Source: Spirochaetia bacterium (lineage in GTDB: Bacteria; Spirochaetota; Spirochaetia; CADAEX01). Taken from it: 64,000 nt of DNA. The notes below the pieces were generated by a model. That model was not told where the DNA came from. It was given only the letters and a program-made list of their open reading frames with translations, and ran no database searches. Location of the stretch: assembly GCA_963662795.1 (NCBI GenBank), contig OY759746.1, positions 704,001 through 768,000 on the forward strand, written 5' to 3'. The translations under genes were made by a program, and so were the position numbers. Below, piece after piece: positions 29,189 to 37,976 of this stretch (positions are counted from its first letter, which is position 1; each line of letters begins with the position of its first letter).

Positions 29189-30457
29189 TCACTCTGTTTC
29201 TGTTGATGCGGATTTTTTCTCAAGCTTTTTCAGTATGGCCAGACATCCGATTCCCGATATAAACACAAGTAAAAGAAATGCCGCAGTGAACCGCGGGTTA
29301 AGGGCTGACATCATCCCCGCCAGGTAGCTGAAAGGGGCAGTCCCTCCGTATATTACAGCATAGACGATGGACATGGTTTTTGCCCTGTGATTGTCATCAA
29401 CCTGATTCGCGAAACTGCTATTAATAAACGGGGTCACGAGGGCATATCCGACAGCGCCGATAACAGTAGAAATCATTGCGGACATAAAACTCCCCTGAGG
29501 CGCAATTAAAAGAATTCCATAGCTTAATATAAGCGTTATAAATCCGAACAGAAGGGGCTTTTTGGGATCATGCCTGCCCAGGGTGGGCATGATAAAGATA
29601 TAGATAAAAAGAACAATAGCAGAAGTTACAGCCGGGAAAACAGCAAGGTCTGCCTGCGGAAGGCCGAGACCCCTGTTAAGAATAATTCCAAGAAAAATAT
29701 TTTTAAGCTGTATATGGATATTATTAAGCAGAACAAGAAAAAAAGCAGTCAGAGCTGCAGGGTTTGTCACAAGCAAACGTATTGCGACCGGGTACTGTCT
29801 GAAGACCTGAAAAACCGTATACCGTCTTGATTCTTCAATCTTTATCAGACCTGTTCTTGTTTCGGTTGTAAGTTTATTTCTGATTAAAATCATTGTTGTC
29901 ATTGATACAAAGGCGAAAAAATACAGCGCCCTTACAGCCGGAATAAGTGAAAATTTAAGAATAAGCCATCCCGCGAAAGGGGCAAAAAAGCCTGCCAGAA
30001 TATTCGCGACCTCAACCCATGAGTAAATATGGACCCGCTCTTCCGCTTTAGCGTCTTCAATCATCAGACAGTTCCAGGAGTTCTGTACAATCCTTACGCT
30101 TGCGTTAAGTATTCCGGCAATCATGAAATAATGGATATTCTGCGCCGCTGCCCAGATCAGTGTCGGTAGAGTCCAGGCTGTTATATCGAAAATCAATGAG
30201 GTCAGCCGTCTTCCCAGCCTGTCGGTAATAAATCCTCCTGCAAGAGCAAATATCATCTGGAATGTAAGGCCTACAGCCGAGACAAGCCCGATCTCCATGT
30301 TTGTAAGACCCAGTGCAAGCATATAAAGCGACGCATAGGTAATATAGAGATTGAACGGAATACCCCATAATGGTTCAAGTACAACACAATATCTGGTATT
30401 GGGATTAAACCCCTTAAGAGTGCGGAAAGACTCCATCATTTTTTCTTTTATTAACAT
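29189..30457 (-). CDS. MFS transporter
   Basis: GGFITDRLGRR motif A, ~12 TM helices. Confidence 0.9.
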   Translation of the reverse strand: MLIKEKMMESFRTLKGFNPNTRYCVVLEPLWGIPFNLYITYASLYMLALGLTNMEIGLVSAVGLTFQMIFALAGGFITDRLGRRLTSLIFDITAWTLPTLIWAAAQNIHYFMIAGILNASVRIVQNSWNCLMIEDAKAEERVHIYSWVEVANILAGFFAPFAGWLILKFSLIPAVRALYFFAFVSMTTMILIRNKLTTETRTGLIKIEESRRYTVFQVFRQYPVAIRLLVTNPAALTAFFLVLLNNIHIQLKNIFLGIILNRGLGLPQADLAVFPAVTSAIVLFIYIFIMPTLGRHDPKKPLLFGFITLILSYGILLIAPQGSFMSAMISTVIGAVGYALVTPFINSSFANQVDDNHRAKTMSIVYAVIYGGTAPFSYLAGMMSALNPRFTAAFLLLVFISGIGCLAILKKLEKKSASTETE

Positions 30458-30578
30458 CTTTTTCCTGTCTGTTTTTGCAAAAAAGCCCGGTAAACACTTA
30501 CTGATTTTATTTACATTATTGATTTATATATCCAAAAAACTCAAGGCAGGATATAGTATATTTTATGGAGGAAATGAA

Positions 30579-31448
30579 ATGCCTGTAATAAAATCTGATA
30601 AAATTGAAGTTTCAGCAAAAACAACGGGAGCTGAACTTACCAGCATAAAGAGCAAGGACGGAACGGAATACCTGTGGCAGGCAGACCCTGCGTTCTGGCC
30701 CAAGCGCTCACCCCTTCTTTTCCCGATCATAGGAAGTATTCCTGACAAAAGCTATGTATTTGAGGGAAAAACTTTTCATCTTGAGAATCATGGATTTATC
30801 TGGACAAAAGAATTTAAACTTGCCGGGGAAAAAGCTGATTATATGAGGTTTGAAATTACTGAAAGCGAAGAAACCCTTGCTGTTTATCCTTTCCGCTTTA
30901 ACTTATCGGTGGGATACAGGGTAAAAGGCGATGTACTTTCAGTTGAATACCAGATAAAAAACAGCGATTCAAAAACAATATACTTCTCGATCGGCGCCCA
31001 TCCGGGATTCAGGGTGCCTGCGGAAAAAAGCGATAAAAGGGAAGATTATGATATTATTTTTGAGAAAAAGGAAACTGTTAAAAGATATTTCCTCAACAAG
31101 GATAATGTATTAAGCGGTGAATCAGAAATTTTTCTTGAAAACAGCGACAGGACGGAAGTCAACAGGGAGCTTTTTGAAAAAGGGGCCATAGTACTTAAGG
31201 ATCACAAGTCAAGAAGCGTATCACTTAAAAGCAGAAAATCCGGCCGTTTTGTAAAGCTTGACTTTAAAGGGTTTCCCTGCCTCGGCATATGGTCGCCAAA
31301 GGGGGACACACCGTTTGTATGCGTTGAGCCCTGGTACGGAGTCATGCCGCTTGCAGGTTCCAATCAGGATATTACGAAAAAAGAAGGGATTATAGCTCTT
31401 GAGAAGGGGAAGGTTTTCTCTTCGGTTTATTACATTACAGTCGGTTAA
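30579..31448 (+). CDS. Aldose 1-epimerase family protein (LacX-like)
   Basis: GAEL, EYLWQAD..W...SPLLFP, HGF, GAHP, FVCVEPW; GGAGG RBS before MPVIK. Confidence 0.9.
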   Translation: MPVIKSDKIEVSAKTTGAELTSIKSKDGTEYLWQADPAFWPKRSPLLFPIIGSIPDKSYVFEGKTFHLENHGFIWTKEFKLAGEKADYMRFEITESEETLAVYPFRFNLSVGYRVKGDVLSVEYQIKNSDSKTIYFSIGAHPGFRVPAEKSDKREDYDIIFEKKETVKRYFLNKDNVLSGESEIFLENSDRTEVNRELFEKGAIVLKDHKSRSVSLKSRKSGRFVKLDFKGFPCLGIWSPKGDTPFVCVEPWYGVMPLAGSNQDITKKEGIIALEKGKVFSSVYYITVG

Positions 31449-32242
31449 ATTACAACCTGCATTCCGTCATACGCAGTTTCAAGTTCAACTTCATCAAGCC
31501 TGTCAAGCATATCCTGGCCCATATGGGTCAGGATTATTTTTCTGCTTTTAATTTCATCAAGGTGATCGGAGAGTGTTTTATAGCTTAAGTGGTTTTTCAT
31601 TATTTTCTCAAAATAATATGCCTCGCATATGAAAAGATCGGTTCCGTCCGCTGTCTGTAGAAGACCCCGGCACCACTCGGAATCGCCGGAATAACCTAAA
31701 ACCTTTTCTCCGCATCCGATGCGGCAGGAATAGGAGGGATCTCCGCTTTCATGCACGGCAATGGCCGGCATTACGGTAAATGATGCAATAACAGCCGGTA
31801 TATCAGGCTCAATTTCCATAAACTGGATATCAAAGTTCCTTTTTACCCCCCAGGAACCGGGGTAAAAAACTTCCATTGCCTCCTGCACCCTTTTTTCGAG
31901 TCCCGGAGGGCCTGCTATCAGCAGGGGGCGGCTTCTCCTGGTAATAAGCTGGGCGTCAAGAATAAAAAAGGGTAGCCCTCCGAAATGATCTCCGTGGAGA
32001 TGACTTATAAGGATGGCATCAATATCTCCCGGATCAAAGGCAAGTTTTCTCATGCTTACAAGGACAGTCGCGCCGCAGTCGAGCAGCACACTGCCGCCCG
32101 CGGATGCGATATGTATGCAGGATTGATCACGCCCTCCGCTTCCGAAGTTGTCACCGCTCCCGAGGAATGTGACAATAATGTGATTTCCCTCAAGCAGGTT
32201 TTCCATATTCTGAAGTAAAGGCCTAATATCAGCAGTTTTCAT
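31445..32242 (-). CDS. Metallo-beta-lactamase-fold hydrolase (RNase Z/BN-like)
   Basis: FLGSGD, LLDCG, SHLHGDH, YSGD, LTH; start uncertain. Confidence 0.85.
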   Translation of the reverse strand: MKTADIRPLLQNMENLLEGNHIIVTFLGSGDNFGSGGRDQSCIHIASAGGSVLLDCGATVLVSMRKLAFDPGDIDAILISHLHGDHFGGLPFFILDAQLITRRSRPLLIAGPPGLEKRVQEAMEVFYPGSWGVKRNFDIQFMEIEPDIPAVIASFTVMPAIAVHESGDPSYSCRIGCGEKVLGYSGDSEWCRGLLQTADGTDLFICEAYYFEKIMKNHLSYKTLSDHLDEIKSRKIILTHMGQDMLDRLDEVELETAYDGMQVVI

Positions 32243-32327
32243 ATGATATAATTTCCAGAGTGAACTAAAATAGTATATAATAATGATAATTTCTTTTGTA
32301 TGAGTATGCAAGAAGAGGTATAAATCA

Positions 32328-32798
32328 ATGAATATTTTTTTTCATCAAACAATACTTGGAAAAATCGGTATAGTAGAGGAATCAGGGATAATCAAACATC
32401 TGCTTTTTGAAAATGATAAAACGATTCCTGACGCTGAAATAAAGGAAACAGAAGTTATAAGGGAAGCTTTCAGGCAGCTTGATGCCTACCTTGCGGGAAA
32501 ATTAAGGGTTTTCACTTTACCGCTGGATCCTGACGGGACTGATTATATGAAAAAAATCTGGAAGCTTCTTCAGGAAATTCCTTATGGAGAAACTGCAAGC
32601 TACAAGGATATTGCTGCCGCATCAGGCAATGATAAAGCATCAAGGGCAGTCGGCCTTGCAAACAACAGGAACCCTGTCCCCGTTTTTATTCCATGCCACA
32701 GGGTGATCGGCAGCAATGGTAAGCTTGTGGGGTATGGCGGAGGACTGGATATCAAAAAAAAGCTGCTTGATATTGAGAAGAATTATACCGGTAAATAA
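32328..32798 (+). CDS. ogt: Methylated-DNA--protein-cysteine methyltransferase
   Basis: IPYGET.SY, RAVG, IPCHRVIG active site. Confidence 0.95.
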   Translation: MNIFFHQTILGKIGIVEESGIIKHLLFENDKTIPDAEIKETEVIREAFRQLDAYLAGKLRVFTLPLDPDGTDYMKKIWKLLQEIPYGETASYKDIAAASGNDKASRAVGLANNRNPVPVFIPCHRVIGSNGKLVGYGGGLDIKKKLLDIEKNYTGK

Positions 32799-32836
32799 AA
32801 AGCAGAGGAACTTTCCCATCTGCTTTTTATTTTTTT
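32793..32836. terminator. Bidirectional terminator between convergent ogt and SPOR genes
   Basis: AAATAAAAAGCAGA...TCTGCTTTTTATTT. Confidence 0.75.
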
Positions 32837-32868
32837 ACTTTTTTCTTTTCACAGCCTGAAGTAAAAAA

Positions 32869-33561
32869 TTACCTCATCACCTGCACCTGCGATACATAGC
32901 TCTGTGAAAATCCTTCTATATCCCTGACCCAGTAGAGGAATTTCTCCGCCTCTTCCTTTGCAGGATATGCACCGATCCTTACCCTGAAAAAATTCTTGCC
33001 GTCAACAATCCTGGTCTGAAGGGTTGCGCCAAAACCTTTGGAGGCCAGAAGTTTTCTCGCTTCCTCAGCCTTTGTCTGTGAAGAAAAAGATCCTGCCTGT
33101 ATCCAGTATTCCGTCACTTTCTTCGGAGCAGGAGGTGCAGGTTTCTTCTCTGCTGCCGTTGCCTGTTTTTTGGGTGCAGGAGCTGCGGGGACCGGAGCAG
33201 CTGCTTTTTGAGCAGCGGCAGGTTCTGGTTTTTTAACATTAAGTGTTACTACTGCCGGGTCTTCTTCTTTTACCCCGGGATAAGGGACTTCATCTTTTCC
33301 AAGACCTTCGCCGTAGATAACAACAAAATCCTCATCGCCTTCTGCGGCATCCGGTGTTTCAGTTTCTACAACACCTGGATAATCTTCACTTGATCTTGCC
33401 CATTCCACAGGATCAAAATTACCTGCAGCAGCATCATTTCCGGAGGTTGACAGAGAACTGTCTGAAGATGAAGGTCCGAATACAAAAAGAACAGTTCCAA
33501 GCACTGCAAGGAGCAATACTGCAACCGAAAGGATAATCCATAATATTTTCTGCTGTTCCAT
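32869..33561 (-). CDS. SPOR-domain cell division protein
   Basis: N-terminal TM, Pro/Ala linker, YWIQAGSFS...A...FRVRIG SPOR domain. Confidence 0.88.
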   Translation of the reverse strand: MEQQKILWIILSVAVLLLAVLGTVLFVFGPSSSDSSLSTSGNDAAAGNFDPVEWARSSEDYPGVVETETPDAAEGDEDFVVIYGEGLGKDEVPYPGVKEEDPAVVTLNVKKPEPAAAQKAAAPVPAAPAPKKQATAAEKKPAPPAPKKVTEYWIQAGSFSSQTKAEEARKLLASKGFGATLQTRIVDGKNFFRVRIGAYPAKEEAEKFLYWVRDIEGFSQSYVSQVQVMR

Positions 33562-33568
33562 ATAGGTT

Positions 33569-34153
33569 TTATTTCCTTGAATCAATTATTTTTAAAACCC
33601 TATCCACACTGGAAACAATTTTTTCAATATTTCCAGAGTTGTTTATATTATAAGTATCGACATCTTTTCCGGTTAGATTAGATTTGAGCTTCCTTTGTGT
33701 GATTATTCTATCCAAAACTGCTCCCGGCGGAAGCTGGTCTCTCATAAGTGCCCTTTCAACTCTTTTTAAAAGCGGCGCTTTTACCCATACTACAATGTCA
33801 CACAATTGATGAAGCCCCATCTGGGCAAGAATGGCTGCGTTGATAAGGATATTTTTCCCTTTTTGTTCTTCAATCAGTTTTTTCACCATCTGAGTCATTT
33901 CGGGATGAACAATTTTTTCAAGAAGGTGCTTCATTTCCCTGCTTTTAAAAACAATTTTTCCAACAGCCGCCCTGTTGACTATCCCGTCGCTTATTACTGA
34001 ACTTCCGAATGCTTTTTCAATTTCATCCTTTTTAAGATCAAGGGCAGCATGTCCAAGTTTATCTACTTCAATATGGAAGTAGCCTCTCCTCTCAAACTCT
34101 GCCGCTACAGCATTTTTACCTGAACAATATTTACCGGTTATTCCAACAATCAT
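33569..34153 (-). CDS. coaE: Dephospho-CoA kinase
   Basis: IVGITGKYCSGK, LEKIVHP, RD; directly downstream of polA. Confidence 0.9.
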   Translation of the reverse strand: MIVGITGKYCSGKNAVAAEFERRGYFHIEVDKLGHAALDLKKDEIEKAFGSSVISDGIVNRAAVGKIVFKSREMKHLLEKIVHPEMTQMVKKLIEEQKGKNILINAAILAQMGLHQLCDIVVWVKAPLLKRVERALMRDQLPPGAVLDRIITQRKLKSNLTGKDVDTYNINNSGNIEKIVSSVDRVLKIIDSRK

Positions 34154-37008
34154 CAGTGCATCTCCCCCCAGCTTTCGCCGGTTTCTATACTAACTCTCAA
34201 AGGAGCCTTTAATTTCATAACAGATTCCATCTCATCCTGTACAAGTGTTTTCATTACATCAACTTCATTCAGGAGAACTTCGAATATAAGCTCATCGTGT
34301 ACCTGCAGAACAAGGCGGGATTTAAGTTTTTCCTTTTCCATCCTTGAATTAATACTTATCATGGCAAGCTTAACAATGTCTGCGGCAGAACCCTGTATCG
34401 GAGTGTTGACAGCAATCCTTTCCGCCCCGTTTTTTACATTTTTATTACTGCTGTTTATTCCGTCAATATACCGCTCCCTGCCGAGTATTGTTTTTACAAA
34501 TCCGCTTTCTTCTGCGAATTTCACAGTTGAATCGATAAAATGCCTGATTGAGCTGTAACGGTTGAAATATGATGAAATAAACTCATCTGCCCTGCTTCTG
34601 GGTATCTGAAGTTCCCTTGCAAGGCGGAAGCCGCTCATGCCGTACATTACACCGAAGTTTATCGTTTTTGCAATCCTTCTCTGTTCAGGCGTCACTTCTT
34701 CCTTTGCAATGCCGAAAATAAGGGAAGCAGTAAGAGTGTGTACATCAATTTTCTCCCTGAAAGCCCTCTGAAGCTCAGGATCTTCTGAAAGATGGGCAAG
34801 GACAACAAGTTCTATCTGGGAATAGTCGGCACTCATAAAAACACGGCCGGCTGAAGGAATAAAAGCCTTTCTTATCTTTCTCCCCTCTTCATCCTTTATT
34901 GGAATGTTCTGCAAATTCGGATTTATACTTGAAAGCCTTCCTGTCGCAGTCCCTGTCTGCCTGTAGGTTGTATGGATCTTTGATGTTGAAGGTTCTGCAA
35001 TGAGGGGAAGGGCATCCACATATGTTGATTTAAGTTTTGAGAGGGCCCTGTATTTAAGAACCAGAGCAGGGACCGGGTCTTCCCTTGAAAGCTCCTCCAG
35101 CACAGAATTATCAGTTGAATATCCTGTTTTAGTCTTTTTGCCGGGTTTTAACTGACGGTCGGTAAATAACACCTCCTGCAGCTGCTTTGTTGAGCTTACG
35201 TTAAAAACCTTACCGCACAGAATGTGGATCTCGCTTTCAAGAGCTCCTATCGAAACGCCAAGTTCCCTGCCGTAAGCCTCAAGAACATCCCTGCGGATTC
35301 GCACCCCTTCAAGTTCCATATCAGAAAGGATTGTGACAAGCGGCATCTCAACATCAAAAAAAAGTTTTTCCATTTTGCGCTTTTCAATCTGCCTGCTGAA
35401 AACTGAGTAGAGCCTGTATGTAATATCTGCATCCTCGGCAGCATACTCCGATGCCTTTTCAAGCGGAATCAGATCAAAAGTACTGCCTTCAGGTACCACA
35501 TCCCTGAAATGGATTGTATTGTATTCAAGATAATACTCGGCAAGATAATCCATTCCGTTAGAGGTAAGGCGGCTGTTAAGCAGCCAGGATGCGATCATTG
35601 TATCAAACCAGATATTTAACGGTTTTATTCCCCATTTACGAAGCACCTTGTAGTCGAATTTTATATTCTGCCCGACGAGTTTAAGGTTTTTATCCTCAAG
35701 TACTGTTCTTAGCCGGTTCTTTACAATTGTTTCAGGAAGGATTTCTTTCCCTTCAACTTTCAGCGGAATATAAAAACCGCTGCCGGATTCAACAGATATT
35801 GAAAAACCTACAGGGTTTGCGTTGATTGTATCAAGACCGTCAGTTTCAATGTCAAATGAAAATATTTTTGCTTTTTTTACCTTTTCAATAAGGCTGTCAA
35901 GCATATGAATATCTGTAACTGCTGTATAAGATCCTTTTCCCTTAAGTACTGCCGCTTCATCCGCGCTAAAATAATCAGAAAGGGAAAAGGCTCCTGACTG
36001 TTCAGGAGCCTGTGCAGCCGAAACCGGAGGATGGTCTGAAGGGTTCCCCCCGATTCCCGTTTTTAAATCCTCATCCGCAGCTTTACCCGGCTCAACTTCG
36101 GTTTTTCCTGTGGCGGGACCCTCTCCTTTATCGCCTGATCCTGTTTTTTGAGTAATCCACGATACAAGACTTTTAGCATTTTCAATTTCAAACAAGGGGA
36201 CGGCGCCTGTAAAATCAAGTGCATCAAGCGCAACATCATCGGGAAGTGCATCAAGGGCAACATCATCGCGCAGTGCGACAAGTTCGCGGCTCAGCATACA
36301 GCTCTCCCTTCCTTCTTCCAGTTTTGTTTTTACACTGCCCTTTATTTCTTCAATATTGCTGTAAATCCCTTCAATACTGTCGTATTTCAGAAGCAGTGAA
36401 GCGGCATTTTTGGGGCCTATCCCCTTCACCCCGGGGATGTTGTCGGCGGAGTCGCCTGTAAGGGAGAGGTAATCCTTTATCTGATGGGGATATACTCCGT
36501 AGTGGGTAAATACTTCATCGCGCCCAAGCTCCTCGTACCCGTTTTTTTCAGGCCGCAGCACTTTTGTATATTCACCGACAAGCTGCATAAGATCCTTGTC
36601 GCCTGTAATAATCCTGCAGTTCTTTTTTTCTTCGCTGCAAATCCTGGAAAAAGTGGCGATAAGGTCATCTGCCTCAAATCCGTTGAATCTGATTATTTTT
36701 ATTCCGATTGTTTCAAGAATCTTTTCAATTCTCGGAATCTGATCATGAAGATCTTCGGGCGTCTTGTCCCTTGTTGCCTTGTATTCGCTGTATTTCTCGT
36801 GTCTGAATGTCGGGCCGATGGAATCCATCGCGACAGCAAAATGGTGAGGATTATATCTGTCGAAAAAGCTGAAAAGTGTCCTGAAAAAACCGAATAATGC
36901 TGAAGTATTTTCGTTGTTTTTATTATATAGAGGAGCACGGAGAAAAGCAAAATAGGATCTGTAGATAAGGCTGTATCCGTCAAGGATATAAAAAGAGGAA
37001 TCTTTCAT
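34153..37008 (-). CDS. polA: DNA polymerase I
   Basis: 5'-exonuclease (YRSYFA, EADD, GDKD, DNIPGV), 3'-5' exonuclease (FDIET, NIKFD, YAAEDAD), polymerase (DYSQIEL, KTINFG, QVHDEL). Confidence 0.98.
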   Translation of the reverse strand: MKDSSFYILDGYSLIYRSYFAFLRAPLYNKNNENTSALFGFFRTLFSFFDRYNPHHFAVAMDSIGPTFRHEKYSEYKATRDKTPEDLHDQIPRIEKILETIGIKIIRFNGFEADDLIATFSRICSEEKKNCRIITGDKDLMQLVGEYTKVLRPEKNGYEELGRDEVFTHYGVYPHQIKDYLSLTGDSADNIPGVKGIGPKNAASLLLKYDSIEGIYSNIEEIKGSVKTKLEEGRESCMLSRELVALRDDVALDALPDDVALDALDFTGAVPLFEIENAKSLVSWITQKTGSGDKGEGPATGKTEVEPGKAADEDLKTGIGGNPSDHPPVSAAQAPEQSGAFSLSDYFSADEAAVLKGKGSYTAVTDIHMLDSLIEKVKKAKIFSFDIETDGLDTINANPVGFSISVESGSGFYIPLKVEGKEILPETIVKNRLRTVLEDKNLKLVGQNIKFDYKVLRKWGIKPLNIWFDTMIASWLLNSRLTSNGMDYLAEYYLEYNTIHFRDVVPEGSTFDLIPLEKASEYAAEDADITYRLYSVFSRQIEKRKMEKLFFDVEMPLVTILSDMELEGVRIRRDVLEAYGRELGVSIGALESEIHILCGKVFNVSSTKQLQEVLFTDRQLKPGKKTKTGYSTDNSVLEELSREDPVPALVLKYRALSKLKSTYVDALPLIAEPSTSKIHTTYRQTGTATGRLSSINPNLQNIPIKDEEGRKIRKAFIPSAGRVFMSADYSQIELVVLAHLSEDPELQRAFREKIDVHTLTASLIFGIAKEEVTPEQRRIAKTINFGVMYGMSGFRLARELQIPRSRADEFISSYFNRYSSIRHFIDSTVKFAEESGFVKTILGRERYIDGINSSNKNVKNGAERIAVNTPIQGSAADIVKLAMISINSRMEKEKLKSRLVLQVHDELIFEVLLNEVDVMKTLVQDEMESVMKLKAPLRVSIETGESWGEMH

Positions 37009-37499
37009 ACAGATATATCTATCATTTCAGACGATTGTATAAAAGATATTTCCCCTCCGGTTCGTGTAATTTTAGATATTTTTGCCATTCCTGTAAGACG
37101 GCTGCTGTATTTTTCCATCTGTTTTTTCAATCTTTTCATAAGATTATCTACAGACTCAAGGTAAGAGCCGTTCACTTTCGCAATTTTAACTTCAAATTCG
37201 TCAACCTGCCGGAGAAAATCGGCGCACCCGGCATCATCAGCGCAGGCCTTTCTGATATCAGCAGTCAAAGCTGATGCGCTCTTGTGGTAAAGGTAAGCTT
37301 CATGCACTATTTCAGCTGAATGTTTTATCTGGAGTGAGAGTTTTTCTGCATTTTCATCTGACAGCGACGCCCACTGATGCTGAACCGCCTTGCCTGATAT
37401 CAAAAGACACTCAAGTGTTCTTGCAAGATATCTTAAAACAGTTTCTTCAGCTTTTCCGGATACCCTTCCGGGATATCCGCCGGAATCAATATCAGACAA
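37005..37499 (-). CDS. Hypothetical helical protein, possibly FliT/FlgN-like flagellar chaperone
   Basis: 164-aa ORF tightly packed between fliS and polA; ends in IDISV; function inferred from context only. Confidence 0.55.
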   Translation of the reverse strand: MSDIDSGGYPGRVSGKAEETVLRYLARTLECLLISGKAVQHQWASLSDENAEKLSLQIKHSAEIVHEAYLYHKSASALTADIRKACADDAGCADFLRQVDEFEVKIAKVNGSYLESVDNLMKRLKKQMEKYSSRLTGMAKISKITRTGGEISFIQSSEMIDISV

Positions 37500-37503
37500 T
37501 CTG

Positions 37504-37920
37504 CTACCCCGCGATATCTATTCCCATACTGCCGCCGCTTGAAGCATTATCCCGGGTATTTTCAATCTGTTTCCATGCTGACCTGAGTTCGAACAGCATA
37601 TTTCTCACCGGTTTAATGGGCTGGGAATCCTTATCAAGATTTGCAGCCATGAGCTGCTGGTTAAAATAGACATAGAGGCTGAAAAGATTGCTGGCTATAT
37701 CTTTCCCTTTATCAAAATCAAGAGAAGCAGACAATTCAGTAATTATCTCCTGGGCGCGGATAATCGCGCTGTTTACCCTGTCGTATTTTTTTGTTCCTGA
37801 ATCAAGATTGCTTATCGCCCTGTCTATCTGCTTTATTGCCTCATCATAAAGCAGTACAATAAGCTTACCCTGTCCTGCAGTTTTAATTGAAGTTTCACGA
37901 TACATATTTAAAGGATTCAT
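37504..37920 (-). CDS. fliS: Flagellar export chaperone FliS
   Basis: TA..GKLIVLLYD.AI, AQEII.EL..SLD, NL..LY.Y, ELRSAW. Confidence 0.95.
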   Translation of the reverse strand: MNPLNMYRETSIKTAGQGKLIVLLYDEAIKQIDRAISNLDSGTKKYDRVNSAIIRAQEIITELSASLDFDKGKDIASNLFSLYVYFNQQLMAANLDKDSQPIKPVRNMLFELRSAWKQIENTRDNASSGGSMGIDIAG

Positions 37921-37976
37921 AAAAAAACTTACCCCTCTTGTTTATATTTATTTTAAAAATAAATCCCGTTAAAATT

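Noticed and set aside
30351-30578. N-terminal extension of the aldose epimerase ORF
   Set aside because: Overlaps the MFS gene on the opposite strand; a clear GGAGG RBS precedes ATG 30579.
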